Counted from the whole stretch's first letter, positions 36,875-50,421 are shown. The stretch is 63,886 bases of DNA, filler included, from Rhabdomonas costata (GCA_019059605.1; 45 parts of 45 records of this genome joined end to end with filler, not necessarily neighbours in it), one strand, 5' to 3'. Notes: generated by a model not told the origin, from the sequence alone. A program made the numbers and translations.

Positions 36875-39012
36875 NNNNNNNNNNNNNNNNNNNNNNNNNN
36901 NNNNNNNNNNNNNNNNNNTTAATTAATTAANNNNNNNNNNNNNNNNNNNNNNNNNNNNNNNNNNNNNNNNNNNNGGATCATGGAGAGGTACCCCACTGGG
37001 TTACAGCTTCCCTTTGTGGAACTTTGAAGGTGGCGTTGTATTCTGTGTTTCCGAAGTCAGCTGTGTGATGCCGAGCAGTCTTTTCGAAGGATTGTGAATT
37101 GCGTTTCTCGGCCTTCGCTGCGTGAGTGAGGAAACTTTTTCCTGTACGTGTGATGTGCGATGCGAAGGGTGGGTGGTTTTTGCCTCTTGTCGCCGCCTCT
37201 TGTCTTGATCCGTTGGTCGTGCCGGTGCAGTTTATTTTTATGATTTATGAGTTCTTCTAATTTCTGGGTGTGGAGGTGACTCTACGTCCTCAATCCATAC
37301 ATTCACCCATCAATCACCCATTGCGCTTGTCCTTTTTTGCCTGTGGGCGTGTGCGGGTATGTGTGAGTGTCTTGCTTTTGTTTTCTCCAGCACTACCCTC
37401 TACTACTCTCTTGCAAAGCATCCCATACATGTCTGGTCGGATTTGGTGCCTCTGATGAAGAGCATCATTCCCCTCCCGCGGCATTAGCTTGAAGGACTCG
37501 TTTCTGGCTTCTATTCCACGTTCCTCCCCATTCGCACACTCGTGAGGTGGGGAAGGGCGGTGAGATCTTTGTGAGGCCGAGCTCTTTGTGGATAAGTGAC
37601 CCCGGGCAATGTTCGGGGCCCGTGAGAAAAGCACATTGTCACCCGGTCCTTGGGCTGTGTGGGTATGTCTGCGTCAATGTAAGTTACCTTCATGCTGTTG
37701 TGCCATCTTTCCTTACACCGTGATGTCTTTTTTCCATTTGCCGGTGCGCGCGAAAGTCTAGTTTTTTTCATCGGTGCTTGCGGTGGTTGAGTTGGGCAGC
37801 AAAAGTTGCACAAGAGTTCAATCGAACCACAACCCGTTGGTCCAAAAACACCCTCAATAAGAAAGGCTGGGATCATTCGGAACAGCAGCCTCCCGGTTAG
37901 CTGTGATTTGCGATGTTCGTCACGGAACCTTGCTTGACTGAATTATTATCGCTCCTGAGGGAACCGCCGGAAAGCATTGGAGAGAAATGACGTGGGAATG
38001 AGCCCTGAGGGTAGGGGGGCATGTAAGTTGCACGCAAGCAAATTGGAGCATTCCAATAGAGGCGGAATCCTTCCCCCCGCCCCCCGTCCAAGATTGCCAA
38101 TGGTGCGCGTTCTGGGGACACCCTGTGCAAGCCAGGACCACACGCTTCAGGCTAAGCCCTGCGATGTTCAGATTTATCCAGCATTTGGAGTGCTTCCAGG
38201 GTCGGGCGGGTGTGCCAATGGGTGTACGTTCTTCCAACTTTGGCCCTGGCAGTGTGGCTTATGCAGGCTTTCTTTTCTAGTTTTTTTCTGTCTGCTNNNN
38301 NNNNNNNNNNNNNNNNNNNNNNNNNNNNNNNNNNNNNNNNTTAATTAATTAANNNNNNNNNNNNNNNNNNNNNNNNNNNNNNNNNNNNNNNNNNNNGTGT
38401 GGTGGGTGGAAAACCAGCAGGATGCTGATTGCTCAGGAGTGTCGGCAATGGCAGCATTCTTTTACCAGATCCTTGTGACGACTCCTTGGATAAAGCGTAG
38501 TGTATTGGCTTGAGGCCGAGAGCTGCGAGTGCCGCTCCCCGGAAACGTTTTTCTTTCTGCAATAGGGCCGACGTGCGGGTTAGGAATTGACTGAGTGTAG
38601 ACCCACCTCTTCGTGATACCGAAACCAGCCACCGGTATGGCTAGTTTTGATTTGGATGCCGCTGACCCGATTGCTAACGAATGCACCACAAGAGAGCAAG
38701 AGAGCTGATCGTTTTGACGACGCTGTGAAGGAGCACCGCGGAGCTTGGAACTCACGGCGAAGTGTGGCCAGGAAGATCACACTGGGAACGAGCGATGTCT
38801 GGGCGGGATTTACTTTTTGTGTTTCTTCGGAAAAAGGTTAAAGCCTAAGTCATAAAGTTTAGAACTTTTTGTTTTCGGTTTCAGCAGTCGCGAAAACGAC
38901 TCATGACGTACTGGAGTGGGGCTTTCCTTTACTTTGACAGGCGTTTCTCTTCTTTCTCTTTCCCCTCCTCCCTGACTGCCTGTTATTTACTTGGAAGTCG
39001 GCCAATCGAAGG

Positions 39013-39237
39013 ATGTCGAGCGCCGTGTGCCACGACGGAGTGACCCCCGAGAAGCCAGAGCTCGTATCCAGCCCGGGCTCCAGCGTCGGCCACAATGGGA
39101 CGCCGGCTTTTCTCCCCGTCACCGCTGCCCATGGTGAGCAGGATGGGCGCTCAACCTCTGGGACGGCTGGCGAGACCGCGCGGATGCTGGAGTTCAAGGA
39201 CCAGTGGACGACTACTATTGAATCGTATCGCGGTGAG
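39013..39237 (+). CDS. Hypothetical protein, first exon
   Basis: ATG after a polypyrimidine tract; MSSAVCHDGVTPEKPE...ARMLEFKDQWTTTIESYRGE|GTGTGT. Confidence 0.5.
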
Positions 39238-40370
39238 GTGTGTCACCGGCCCCACGCACGCAGCCACGCTTACACGCAAGCTTCCATCAAGAGGTGCACC
39301 AACTCTCAGTGCAGGTGTACTCGCACCATTTGCCTTTCGCTCTAGATGGGTACCAATTTTTTTTCTGAAGATTGAACAGAACTTTACCGGTGCCCGCAGC
39401 ATTCTCTCAACATACGCCGAACCCAATCAGACGCTGGCAGTGCTCTGATATTTGAGGGAAGTTCCACGAAACATCGCTGGCCTTTACTTGGGAGAAAATG
39501 TGGTGGTTTTCCACACCGATAGTGATGAGTATGGGAGTTTGGGCGGGGGTAGTGGGGACGGCTGGCAATGTCATGCACTGCGGTGGAGTACGGGTATGAA
39601 GACTCAAGTTTAGTCGTATGAATAGAACGTAGGTTTAGTCGTAGAAATAGGCGCGATTTTGCAGAACATTTCCGGCCTCCCCAGCATGCTCCAACACACG
39701 CCGGATACCACAAACCCNNNNNNNNNNNNNNNNNNNNNNNNNNNNNNNNNNNNNNNNNNNNTTAATTAATTAANNNNNNNNNNNNNNNNNNNNNNNNNNN
39801 NNNNNNNNNNNNNNNNNGGGGTTGGGGGTCACTTTGGAAGCGAAAGCGAAGGAACCAGACAGTGGATCCAACTGCAGGTAGAGTTTTCACTGCATATCTG
39901 CGCACACAAAGGTCCTTGTCGTCTTCTTTTAGCGGCGTGCACACATTGAAAGTAGCATAGTACACCTCCTCATTCCTGTCTCAAAAATCTCCGAAATTCT
40001 CCGGCATTCCTCGAACTACTGCCCTTGCCACCTCAAATGCGAAACTTAAAGTCGATGATACCAAAAAGGTCCAGGATTTTGAATGGTCACAGAGAGTTAC
40101 GGAATACTCAAAAATGCTCCATCGTTAATTATGTGAGTCGGCCGCTGCTTTTGTAGCGCCACCTTTGACTTCCGCCTTGAAAACATCTACTAAATTTTCT
40201 TGGTATGAGTGGCGTGGACATGGTTGGTTTCTTAACTCTCAATTTGGACATGAGTCAATCTCGGATTTATTAATCATCCAAATGGCGCAGTCATCCGTAC
40301 GTCGTGAGACAGGTCCCGGCTGACCTATTTAGCTGTACAGTTGCGCGCCAAAGGCCAAAACGCCGAAAAC

Positions 40371-40743
40371 CTTGACATCCGACCACAAGCCCCCCAGGCG
40401 GCTCTGAAAGGTGACGTAGGGGGCATGTTGCGCGGCGAGATGATCGGCCGCGGCTCGCAGAGAGGGGGCCGGGTCGAACAGCAGGTCCCAGAAACACGAA
40501 AACCAGCAAGACTCCCCGCACCCCTCGAAGCCCAAGGTACGGATCTTCTCCTTCAAACGGAAGGGAAGAGATTACAAAGAAAACGGGTGGCTGTTCGAGC
40601 CGACACATACAGAGGGACAAAAATTGCAGCAGTTGTATCACACGGGCTCACACTGTCCCCTGTTTTGCGATAGGAACCTCACCGTCGCCTATCCAAGGGG
40701 CACTGTTGAGATCGGGAGGATATTTGAGCGTGCTCAGCACTGC
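40371..40743 (-). CDS. Possible GT-B fucosyltransferase-like protein exons
   Basis: Exon about 40743-40678 (AVLSTLKYPPDLNSAPWIGDGE) and exon 40544-40371 (IRTLGFEGCGESCWFSCFWDLLFDPAPSLRAAADHLAAQHAPYVTFQSRLGGLWSDVK); resembles C...LFxPxxxL...YxxxQ/HxRxG of GT23/POFUT-like enzymes. Confidence 0.4.
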
Positions 40744-43101
40744 CTGTCGGAAGGGGGGGGTCATAACTCCGTATGAGTAGGGAAAGTAACTCATGGTGCC
40801 CAAATCGATTGAACAAAACACCACCCACCCACTCATAAAAGCAAGTGCTGCCATCTGACTGCGGTGAGGTCCCACAAAGCCCAACAAACGGATGTCCATT
40901 CTCACAGAGTGCAGCGCACTGAAGTGAGTGGATGTGAAGGGAGAGGCAATTTTACGTTGGAGAAACCACGCAACATCTCACCTATTCCAACAGATAGGCA
41001 CCAAAAATTCGAAAGGAGTCGACCCCAACACCACCAGACTTCAGGTCTACCTTCCAGCGGGGCTGGTGAGACATCCAGCTGTGCCAGTCCAGCTTGCACG
41101 TAGTCCACTGAACCTCAGCTGGCCACTGACTTAGCACGTNNNNNNNNNNNNNNNNNNNNNNNNNNNNNNNNNNNNNNNNNNNNTTAATTAATTAANNNNN
41201 NNNNNNNNNNNNNNNNNNNNNNNNNNNNNNNNNNNNNNNTTTTCTGCAAATTACATGCTACCTTTCCAATGTCCTGCTGTTTCTTCACTCGTTTTTTGTG
41301 TTGTTACAGTTTTTGTGCACCATTGTCATTTTTTATTCCTTGCGCACCGCCTGTTACGGTGCTATTGCTTTTGTTAAGCTATGTTAAGCTATTTTGTCTG
41401 TGTGTTTGGGGCTTTGTGTGCAATGCTTCTGGCTCTTTGCCATGTTCCTTATTTATGACGTACTCATGCTTTTGTTCACGAATCTGCGTGTTTTATTTTT
41501 TTGTTCCATTGCTTCATATTTCCTTCCAACAACACCACCTCCGTGTATATTCTTGTTTAGCTGCTTTGGATTGGTTTGTTGTGATTCATCGCGCGCGTTT
41601 GGTCACAACATTCCCAAAGAATTACGTTGTGATGTTGCTGCCGGCCTTTCCCCCCCGTTTGTTCCAAAAAGTACCTGGCCATAACCTCCGCGCACATGTC
41701 CTGCGCTTGCCTCGACTTGGAATTTCTTCAGCCCTGTGTCCTAGGGGGGGCGATATTAGAAAGGAGGATTTTGCGCGGTGGGCAAAAGCCCAGGGACACA
41801 AGGGAAAGCAGCGGGCGCTGTGGTGACGCCGCGGCTATTCAAGTTTTCCTATTTGCCATTAATGACCAATATAAATATGGTCGGTGCGTTTTCCCGGCTT
41901 CCAACGGGGGGCTACTTCCCCACACGGGGCGCTTCCTTGTGGCATTCTGCGCGCCGCGTGCCAAAGCGTGGAACACCGCAAAAGGTGCTGGCTCCTCCAA
42001 AACGGCATTGGGCGGCGATGGTTCCATTTAAATGCCCAAGGAACCCCGGCCCGGGATTTTCCAAGGAGGAAACTTTAGGAATCCATGAAACCAGCCATTT
42101 ACCTTTGCACCGGCGGTAAAAATTGGGCCAGCGTCCCCCTAGGGGGTTCGACGCCATTTTTTCACCTTTCATAAAGTGAGGGATCAGCGGAAGGCGTTGA
42201 GTGCAAAAGGGGCCGGCGGAGGAACACGCCCTTTACACGCGGGAAACTATGCTTGCATTTTCAAAAACGTGAAACAAGGACGCTTCGTATCAAATAAAAA
42301 TACACCAGACAACTTTGTGAGCCCATTCCGTTCCGCAGAAAAAGGCGCACCAACCGCGGAAAGTTGCCAGGGGTACCCCGCACGGGCATGGCGCTTAAAC
42401 CTCGGGCAAGAAATGTACTTTGATCCTTTGGGCCAAGATTCCGAAGGGCGACCGTACAAATATTCTCTTTCGACTCCGCCTTATGATTCCGAGGGGGCGG
42501 GCAGGCAGGTGGCAGTATTCATCGGCGAAGGGCAGCGGCAGTGCGGGAACCACAACAACCCNNNNNNNNNNNNNNNNNNNNNNNNNNNNNNNNNNNNNNN
42601 NNNNNTTAATTAATTAANNNNNNNNNNNNNNNNNNNNNNNNNNNNNNNNNNNNNNNNNNNNGTTGGGGGGGGTCGTCGTTAGCACCATCGGGGCTCTGGT
42701 TTTTGTCGAGCGATAGGAGACCGCGCCAAGCGGTCCTCTTCCCTATTCCGCCGCCCACATCTATTTTTTTGATTTTGTGAGTTTCCTATTGGGAGTGCGC
42801 CCAAAGCGAGCTTTCAAAAAAGAAAGAAAGGAAGCCCCAGTAAAAAAACGCGCGGGGGGTGGGGTTCCGTAATTGAAGCGCGCGATGCTCGAACCGCAGT
42901 TGCGGTTTCGACGACAACTGAGTTATTCAGCAGGATGAACAACAACGAAAGAAGGTACAATCAACAAAAGGTCAAAGCAACAAAGCGCTCCAACTGAATA
43001 ACATGACTCAACAACACTACGGGGACCGCAAATTTCTCTTCTCAAAGCTTGTTTCTCCCAGCCCGCAGGGAAGCCCGTGCAGCAGGAGGGGATGTCCACA
43101 C

Positions 43102-43983
43102 CTGAGGAGTCGGGCGGCTGGAGATCAATAGCAGAGGAGGTGGGTTGGTCCTCCGGAAGCGAGAGCCCGGAGGCAGCTACGGAGGTGAGCGAGCGGGGCT
43201 GCGGAGTGGAGGACCCTCCAAGGCGGGAGCGGTACACCTTGCGCTCAATGCTCTGCATTATCTGGAGGAGAAGCATCACGAGAGACCCGATGAGCATTGG
43301 GCACAGAGCATCTGTAGATTCATTCCGTGCCTGTCAGGCCGTGCCAAGGTCCCTTGCGCATATAATTAATTTAGGCACGAGTTGTGGAAGCATTGGCCAC
43401 AAAATTTACTGAACTCCCTTTTTCCCACTTGATATTAATCTGTTTATTTGTGTCGCGATTGCAGGCAACCCTTACGAAATCGAAATCTTTCTATTCAGAG
43501 AACATCCCTGCCAACCACTCGTTTTCCACCACGTCGACGAGAAGGGAGGGCCGGAACAAAATTCTTTGCCAGTACAACCACGTATCCTTCGAGAATTCGG
43601 TCCAGACCACCACCACTCGATACCCCCGGCGTCTATCAGCGGGAGGATGAGTCAAAATGAGGTACCCGAAATTCTTACTAGAGGAAACAAATAGAAATGA
43701 CCAAGGAAAGACGAACAGGCACATATATACACACGACTAGAGTCTAAGGGTAATGCAAGCAGTGGGAAGCACGGTGGGAAGCAGGCGGAGGGCAATTAGA
43801 GCCCCGTGGCACCACCTTTTCGGCGTCCGCGGCGCGGTGGTTCATCAGCAGCCACCGGGGGCTCTCGCTGATCCCAAAACGCAGCACCACAATGCCCCCG
43901 CCCACCACGGTCGCAAACAGGAAGGGCAGCCGCCGCCCCACCATGGGCGAGAACCGCTCTGGGTTCATGAATATCACAGCGGA
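43102..43983 (-). CDS. MFS transporter (sugar-porter-like), 2 exons
   Basis: Exon to 43816 (GRRLPFLFATVVGGGIVVLRFGISESPRWLLMNHRAADAEK) with the PESPRWL-type motif; phase-0 exon 43261-43102 (IMQSIERKV...). Confidence 0.85.
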
Positions 43984-46032
43984 NNNNNNNNNNNNNNNNN
44001 NNNNNNNNNNNNNNNNNNNNNNNNNNNTTAATTAATTAANNNNNNNNNNNNNNNNNNNNNNNNNNNNNNNNNNNNNNNNNNNNGTGTGTGTGTTCTCGAT
44101 GGTGGTCAATGGTCAATGGTTCGTGATGTGTTGGGTTTGTCGGCGAGGTGGTTTTGGGTTCGTGCGTGAGGGTTCTGTTAGGGTTCCGTGGTTAGTTGTT
44201 CTTGTGGTATTGGGCGTGAGGGTATCTGGTGTCGTGTGGGGGGTGAGGGTTGGGTTCGCCACTCTGGGTCAGAGTGAGGAATCAGGGTTTTGCTTGCGTG
44301 TGCGCTTGGTGTGTGCTTGTGGTGTGCTCCGAGCCAGGGTTCGTGTAGTGGTTCGGGATTCGGGGTTCGGGGTTAGTGTCTGTTTCTTACCCACGGCGAT
44401 GTGTTACTATGAAAGGTGCCGTGTCTATCACTTTGTGGCGTGTATCTTCGTCGCACATATCTCCACGAGAGCACAGAAACTGCTCTCTCTTTCCATCCGC
44501 GTTGGCCCCAGTACCATGCGTAGAACATTCTGCATGCGAAGTTGAGGAGACCGCGCTGGACGGAACGGGGCGATGGCACGACGCACGCTGGTAAACCACA
44601 GATGAGGCCATCGTTCCCTAAGGCAGGATGCGTTTAGGTCATACGGCGAACCGTATGTATGCAGTAGATGTGTATGTCGTAGATGTGGAAGCCCCAGGTT
44701 GAACCCAGGGTATGTTGTGTGTGTAATTGCTCCGGATCTAAGAGACCACATGATGTAGGGTTGGGCTGAAGTGAGCCATGTTTTAACCCAACGCAGGGCG
44801 ATGCATCATGGCCTCAGTCAGTGGTAGGACACTTCACCCTAGCAACATGAGGGCGATGTCCACCAACCTATGGGCATGGTAGTAGTGAAATGGGTCCCCT
44901 TGTGGGTTAGGGACTGGTTGTGAGGGCTTACCTTGCTTAGAAACTTAGCTACTGTTCTATGTGTAAGGTGTTGCGGCTGCACCCGGCGTCGATGATGTCT
45001 TGGGCTCCGTGGTGGTGGTCAGGAACGCTACAACCCATTCACGGTCAGCACCCTAAGCACAAGCAACCGCCATGGCGTCATGGCCTCCCGTCATGGATTT
45101 GAGGCCGTGGATGTGGTGACCTGGCCGATCCAACAAAGCATGTCATCACAAGGTGTTTCAAGAACCGCACGTCAACCACCATAGGATGATGCGCCGCCCC
45201 AAGACGCTGAAAAGCAAAGGGGTTATGGTACGCTCTCTCTCTGTTGATGGTTTTTTAGAAACGGGTTTGATTTTCGTCTCACATGGGTCAGACCAGTCAC
45301 ACGGACCAACGCGTTGGAAGGGCCGAGGGAAGATGTCGAAGGCGAAACCCATACTCAAACCCGTTTCTAAAAAACCATCAACAGAGAGAGAGCGTACCAC
45401 AACCCNNNNNNNNNNNNNNNNNNNNNNNNNNNNNNNNNNNNNNNNNNNNTTAATTAATTAANNNNNNNNNNNNNNNNNNNNNNNNNNNNNNNNNNNNNNN
45501 NNNNNGTTTTTTGGGAACTGTGGCGCTTTTTGGAAATTCCCTCCGAGTTTTCCGCTTGGGGAAATATGTCTGTGAAATGTTGGGTTCAGGAGAGGTTTTT
45601 TGTGGGGGCTTGTTTTTTTAAGCTCGCTTTGGGTGCAAGAGAGTTGGTTCAGGAATTAATTCTCGACCGAATGAACCGGAAGTGAAAGGAGTGAAACTTC
45701 TCTTATACAACTCACCAAAACTCACCACAAAACAATTATTCACCAGAGAGGGTGCTACTGCGTGGCTGTTACCTAGGCCACCAGTACCGAGCCGTGAAAG
45801 ACAAGATCGTTTCCTGCTGAAATGGAATACGTGATTCTGATTGGCCTTGACGGGGTCAGAGCGTTTCAACGGTGGCTCTCTGTTTGTTTTGCGCCTATTC
45901 GCTATCGGACGCACCAATATAGTTTCTCCGGGTTTTCTCCGGGTGACGCACGCGTTGGATATCTGCTTTTTGAAGTTCCTTTGTGTTTTTTTTCTTGTGC
46001 GCTGGCTTTTCGGGGGCACTGTGTCCCCCAAA

Positions 46033-46461
46033 ATGGGGAACAGCTGCTATGGTCGTTGCTGTTTTGGCTGCACGGATCCCTCCCCTGCACCAGTTGCTTC
46101 TGTGGCGGGTTGGCCCAGCCACCGCCCTTCCGCGGTCGTCGAACCTTCTGACATTGCCTGTTTCCCAACCCCACCCGTGAAGGTCCCGTCCATTTGCAAT
46201 GCTCGTGTGGCGTGGAACGGAAGCGGGGAGGAGCGAGCTCTCCCGGTTTCTTCGAATCCAATAGCTGCAGCCACGCGGAGGCTTTCCCGGGTTGTGGACT
46301 CCCCTTGGGGCTCCCAAAATGGAAGCCCTAAGCTGGTGGGCCTCCCATGCTTCCCTGAGGAAGGAAATGCAGAAGGCGTTTTACAAGCTGTCTCCCACTT
46401 TGAGCTGCAGTCATGTGAGCAGGGTTTGGCTCAGCAGATGAAACCCTTTCTTCCCTCATGG
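46033..46461 (+). CDS. Hypothetical protein with predicted N-myristoylation/palmitoylation, first exon
   Basis: MGNSCYGRCCFGC... open to a GTAAGA donor at 46462 (or to the stop at 46590). Confidence 0.5.
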
Positions 46462-48385
46462 GTAAGAACTCAGACCCTGGAGCTGCAAAAGGTCATGGGC
46501 TCTGGACTTCTCGTCCCTTCTTTGCATTTTGAGTTTCGACGCGCAAAGAACGGAAATCCCTCCACCTCACTTCGGGATCGGAGGATATGAATTGTATTCG
46601 TGTCGTGCATCGCAGCGATTTAGCCTCACAACAGTTCGTTTGGCAATATCGTGCCTTTTTTTAGAATTATAATGACACCTAATTACCTGATTGTGGAATT
46701 CTCTTACTGAAGTGTGTGATTGCTGCGAGTTTCTACGCACGCAAGCGCGCGCGAAGACAAAAAAACAAGGGGGACAAAGCGTTCATCTGCCGATGACGAT
46801 CAAGGAATGACAAAATACCCAACAAANNNNNNNNNNNNNNNNNNNNNNNNNNNNNNNNNNNNNNNNNNNNTTAATTAATTAANNNNNNNNNNNNNNNNNN
46901 NNNNNNNNNNNNNNNNNNNNNNNNNNGGGGTGTGGGTCATGTGCCTTGGGCCTCTCCTCTCTCTCCCTCCCTTTCTCTCTCTCGCTCAAAAATGCCCCAA
47001 GGTAAAAGTAAAAATGGTCCATCACAGTGCAAAACGGATTTCTCCTTTCCTCCTTCGTTTCTTTTTCTTGGTAGAACGAAATCGCGAGATGGAACAATGA
47101 ACGCGACGAGCCACTGACCCCACGGTAGTTCACACACTCCACCCCTTGGAAACAGGGCACCCTTGCGAAAGAGTCGTGGACAAGGCTGAAACATTTGAAG
47201 TGAACGGCTTCTGGGCGAGGGGGGGGGCCTGTCTAACGGGTGTTGGACGGTCGTCTAACGGAACCTCAAGCGTTCCCCAGACGTCTAACAGTGTTAGACG
47301 ACAAACACGTGTCTTACGGACTTCGCGTGGGCTTGCTCCTTTCCAAATGTGACGCTCGCGCGAGATATTCGCCCCAGGGATACCAATAGAGGTTTTGAAG
47401 GGGCTCAGGAAAGCTAGAAACGTTTTAATTGAGGCTTTGCAAGGGGTTAGGAAAGCGGGACACGTGCCCCCTAGGATTGCAGTAAGGTTTGCAGGGGCGA
47501 CGCAAGTACGGGGGGGATGGGGGTCTGGCCCCATCCTAGTGGTCTCATGGCAACCGCCGCAAAACGCACACCGGCCACCGGCGTTGTGGCACCGGCCGAG
47601 GATTGGTCTGCTCACGGCGGGAGGGGATGCACCACCGAAGGGTACATATGGCGACCTACTCAAAGTGGACAGAAACCGGTGTCGGACACAGCAGACCACA
47701 GGATACTAAAACGGGCACAACAGCACACCACCGGCAGAGAAGACTATCCACAAATCCAAAGTAGAAGTGAAGCTCGCGAACAAAGGGCATGCCCCCACAA
47801 AGGGGAACTAGTCCTCGCTCCACTCCCCACCCTCACCCGAGAACCGAGAACGACCTGGTCTGCCTGGAGGAGTCCGCCGTCTCTGATCTTTGCCCCCGGC
47901 TCCTCTGCGGGCCCTTCGGGGTTTCGCCCAACCTACCTGCGCATGATGCTGACTTCCGGTCCCTCACAAGTGCAGTCAGACCTCGCGCGCTCTTACCCTG
48001 GTGGTCAACACACGCTAACGTATGCGCTTCCTTTTTTGCATGCGCACGCTTCCTTGGGATTAACTTCTGTGTGAATTGTTGGGTTGGGTACCCCCGAGGA
48101 GCGCGTACCATCCAACACAAGAAAGTCATTCCAGCCTAAAAGCAAGTCTAATGACCCTAAAAAAGGAACCAAATACTAGTATTTACCCAATAACATTGGA
48201 TGTGATTATTTATTTTATTTTTTAGAAAAAGTTCTTCCACACCCACANNNNNNNNNNNNNNNNNNNNNNNNNNNNNNNNNNNNNNNNNNNNTTAATTAAT
48301 TAANNNNNNNNNNNNNNNNNNNNNNNNNNNNNNNNNNNNNNNNNNNNGGTGGGTGGTGGTGGTGCTGGTGGTGCTGGTTGCACAG

Positions 48386-48963
48386 CCCCTTGGTGGTGGC
48401 TGGCTCGGTGGCGCTGTTTGCGCTGATGCTGCTGTTCGCGCGGAGCACCGTGCGGGCGCAGACCCGCAGCCTGCAGCTGGCCAGCGCGAAGCAGTTCGCG
48501 GACAACATGCTGGCCAGTGAGGTCGCGGGGCGAGTCGCGGTGTGTGGGCTCACCCCATCCACTCCCGCGCCTCTGCGTTCCTCATTGTAAATGCTCCCCC
48601 ATGGCGAGATTAGGCACGACTGTGATTCAAGAAGGAAGAAGTGCCCTGGTGCGCTGTTTAGTGTAGCTAGCATCGGGGATATCGCGGTGTGTTTTCGTGT
48701 TGTCAAGTGTGGTTTAGTGCGTAAGGAGGTCCGCCTATGTTGCGTCTATGCCGTGCCAACAGCAGAGTAGAGGAGCGCTCCTTGTGCGACGAGGGCGTTA
48801 ACGCTGATCTCCTGCTTCTGTGGGGCTTTGCGTGACGTGGCGAGGAGCAGGGGGGGAAGTGATATCAGTTGGGTTGGTTGGGTCGATTTCCGCTCTAATT
48901 CAGGTCATGGAGCTGGACGACCTCGACCAGCTCCTGTCGAACGAGCACAGCCCTCTGTTTCGA
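48386..48963 (+). CDS. Hypothetical membrane protein, 2 exons
   Basis: Exon 48386-48521 (PLVVAGSVALFALMLLFARSTVRAQTRSLQLASAKQFADNMLASE) and phase-0 exon 48904-48963 (VMELDDLDQLLSNEHSPLFR). Confidence 0.55.
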
Positions 48964-50223
48964 GTTTTGGGGGTCTGCTCTTGCGTACGGGTGGAGTGGG
49001 AGCCTCTTCCTTGCCATTTTTTGCGTTGCTGAAATGGCCCATGCTCTTTGGTCGCCCGTCTCCCCCGATCTCAGCGCCGCTGCCGCCCCACCATCCATGC
49101 CGCCTGCTTCGACATCCCACCCCTCCGGTCACACCGAGCTTCTACCTTTTACCTAATTGTTCATCGCTGCATTGCCCAGCTCCTCTCCTCTCCCTCGCAT
49201 TGCCTCATCTGCTCATAACATTTCCTCCTCCCCTTCGGTGAGACAGTCAGGGACTGCGCAAACAATCACAACCAGGCAGTGCGCACCCAGTGACCACACA
49301 AACAAAAACATACAACCAATCAAACTACTCTCCCGAAGTCGAATGACGAGCGTCCGGGCAAACGGAGCTGTCCGCACCAAACCGAATCCCATACTTTCAT
49401 CCTGAAAGCTTGGGGAGGGGGGGGGATGCTGCAAAAATCTCGAGCCCCGACTCCATTTGTGTGGGTATATGTGTGTCTGGGGGGGAATGAAAGAAGCGGT
49501 CCAGCAAAGAAGGTCGCTTTGGCTCGGGGATGCTGCGGCAAGCAGAAAAACGTCCAAATCTATTGTCCAGGTGATACAAACTCACCCCATTTCAGGAAAG
49601 GGTGGTGTGAGCACGTTCGCAACAAACACAGAGCTCTTCTTTGTCCCTTGTCCGCGCCAACCCCAACCCNNNNNNNNNNNNNNNNNNNNNNNNNNNNNNN
49701 NNNNNNNNNNNNNTTAATTAATTAANNNNNNNNNNNNNNNNNNNNNNNNNNNNNNNNNNNNNNNNNNNNATGTCCAGATTGAATACCGCGGGAATTCGGA
49801 ACGTTCAACGGGTCACCTCGAGTGAAATAAATGGCATTCAGCATTTGTCAAAACAGCGAGCCAAAACATGATGACTGGACCGAGATTTTCGGCCACAGTG
49901 GTTTTTAGGAAGAACTACTGAGCCATGAAAGCGCTTTCGTTTGAGAAATATTCCTCCGCTCAGTGAAGCAATGAAGCAGCCACGGGTCGAAGTGGAGGAA
50001 TTGGGGTCAATGTCACGGCCAAAGGCAACGTATAGAGCCAGGAGGACGTGTGTGGTCACTCCCGACAAGTGAGGAAGAGCGAGAGAGGTGGTGCACGGAA
50101 GAGAGGGATAGAGGGTGAGAGAGAGGAGGGGCACCGCTGGCCCCCCATATGAAGGAGTCCAGTCAAGAAAGGCTGTCCCCGTTCCCAACTCACCCCCGAC
50201 TTTCTCCCCTGCCACACACTGTC

Positions 50224-50421
50224 TCATGGCGGCAGGAGGGGGTTCGCGACTGGGGTAGGAACGGAGGTCGCGTTTCCAATCGGCAGCAACGGCAGATGGA
50301 GCTGGGCCGCCGAGATGGAAGAGGCACTGGATGACCGCCGCAGCTCGATGTCCCCGGCGGTCACGGTGCTCCCGCGGGTCGAAATAGCACGGTCCTCCAC
50401 GGAGAGGTACTCCAGGATGAC
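50224..50421 (-). CDS. Probable terminal exon of an unknown protein
   Basis: AAAAG|VILEYLSVEDRAISTRGSTVTAGDIELRRSSS...PLLPP*; GC3-rich. Confidence 0.35.
   Translation of the reverse strand, partial: VILEYLSVEDRAISTRGSTVTAGDIELRRSSSASSISAAQLHLPLLPIGNATSVPTPVANPLLPP

Noticed and set aside
42147-42163. GGTTCGACGCC B-box-like motif followed by a T6 run (tRNA or SINE?)
   Set aside because: No cloverleaf can be folded and no correctly spaced A-box is present.
45226-45399. 45-bp perfect inverted repeat
   Set aside because: Contig-end fold-back; no target-site duplication can be assessed.
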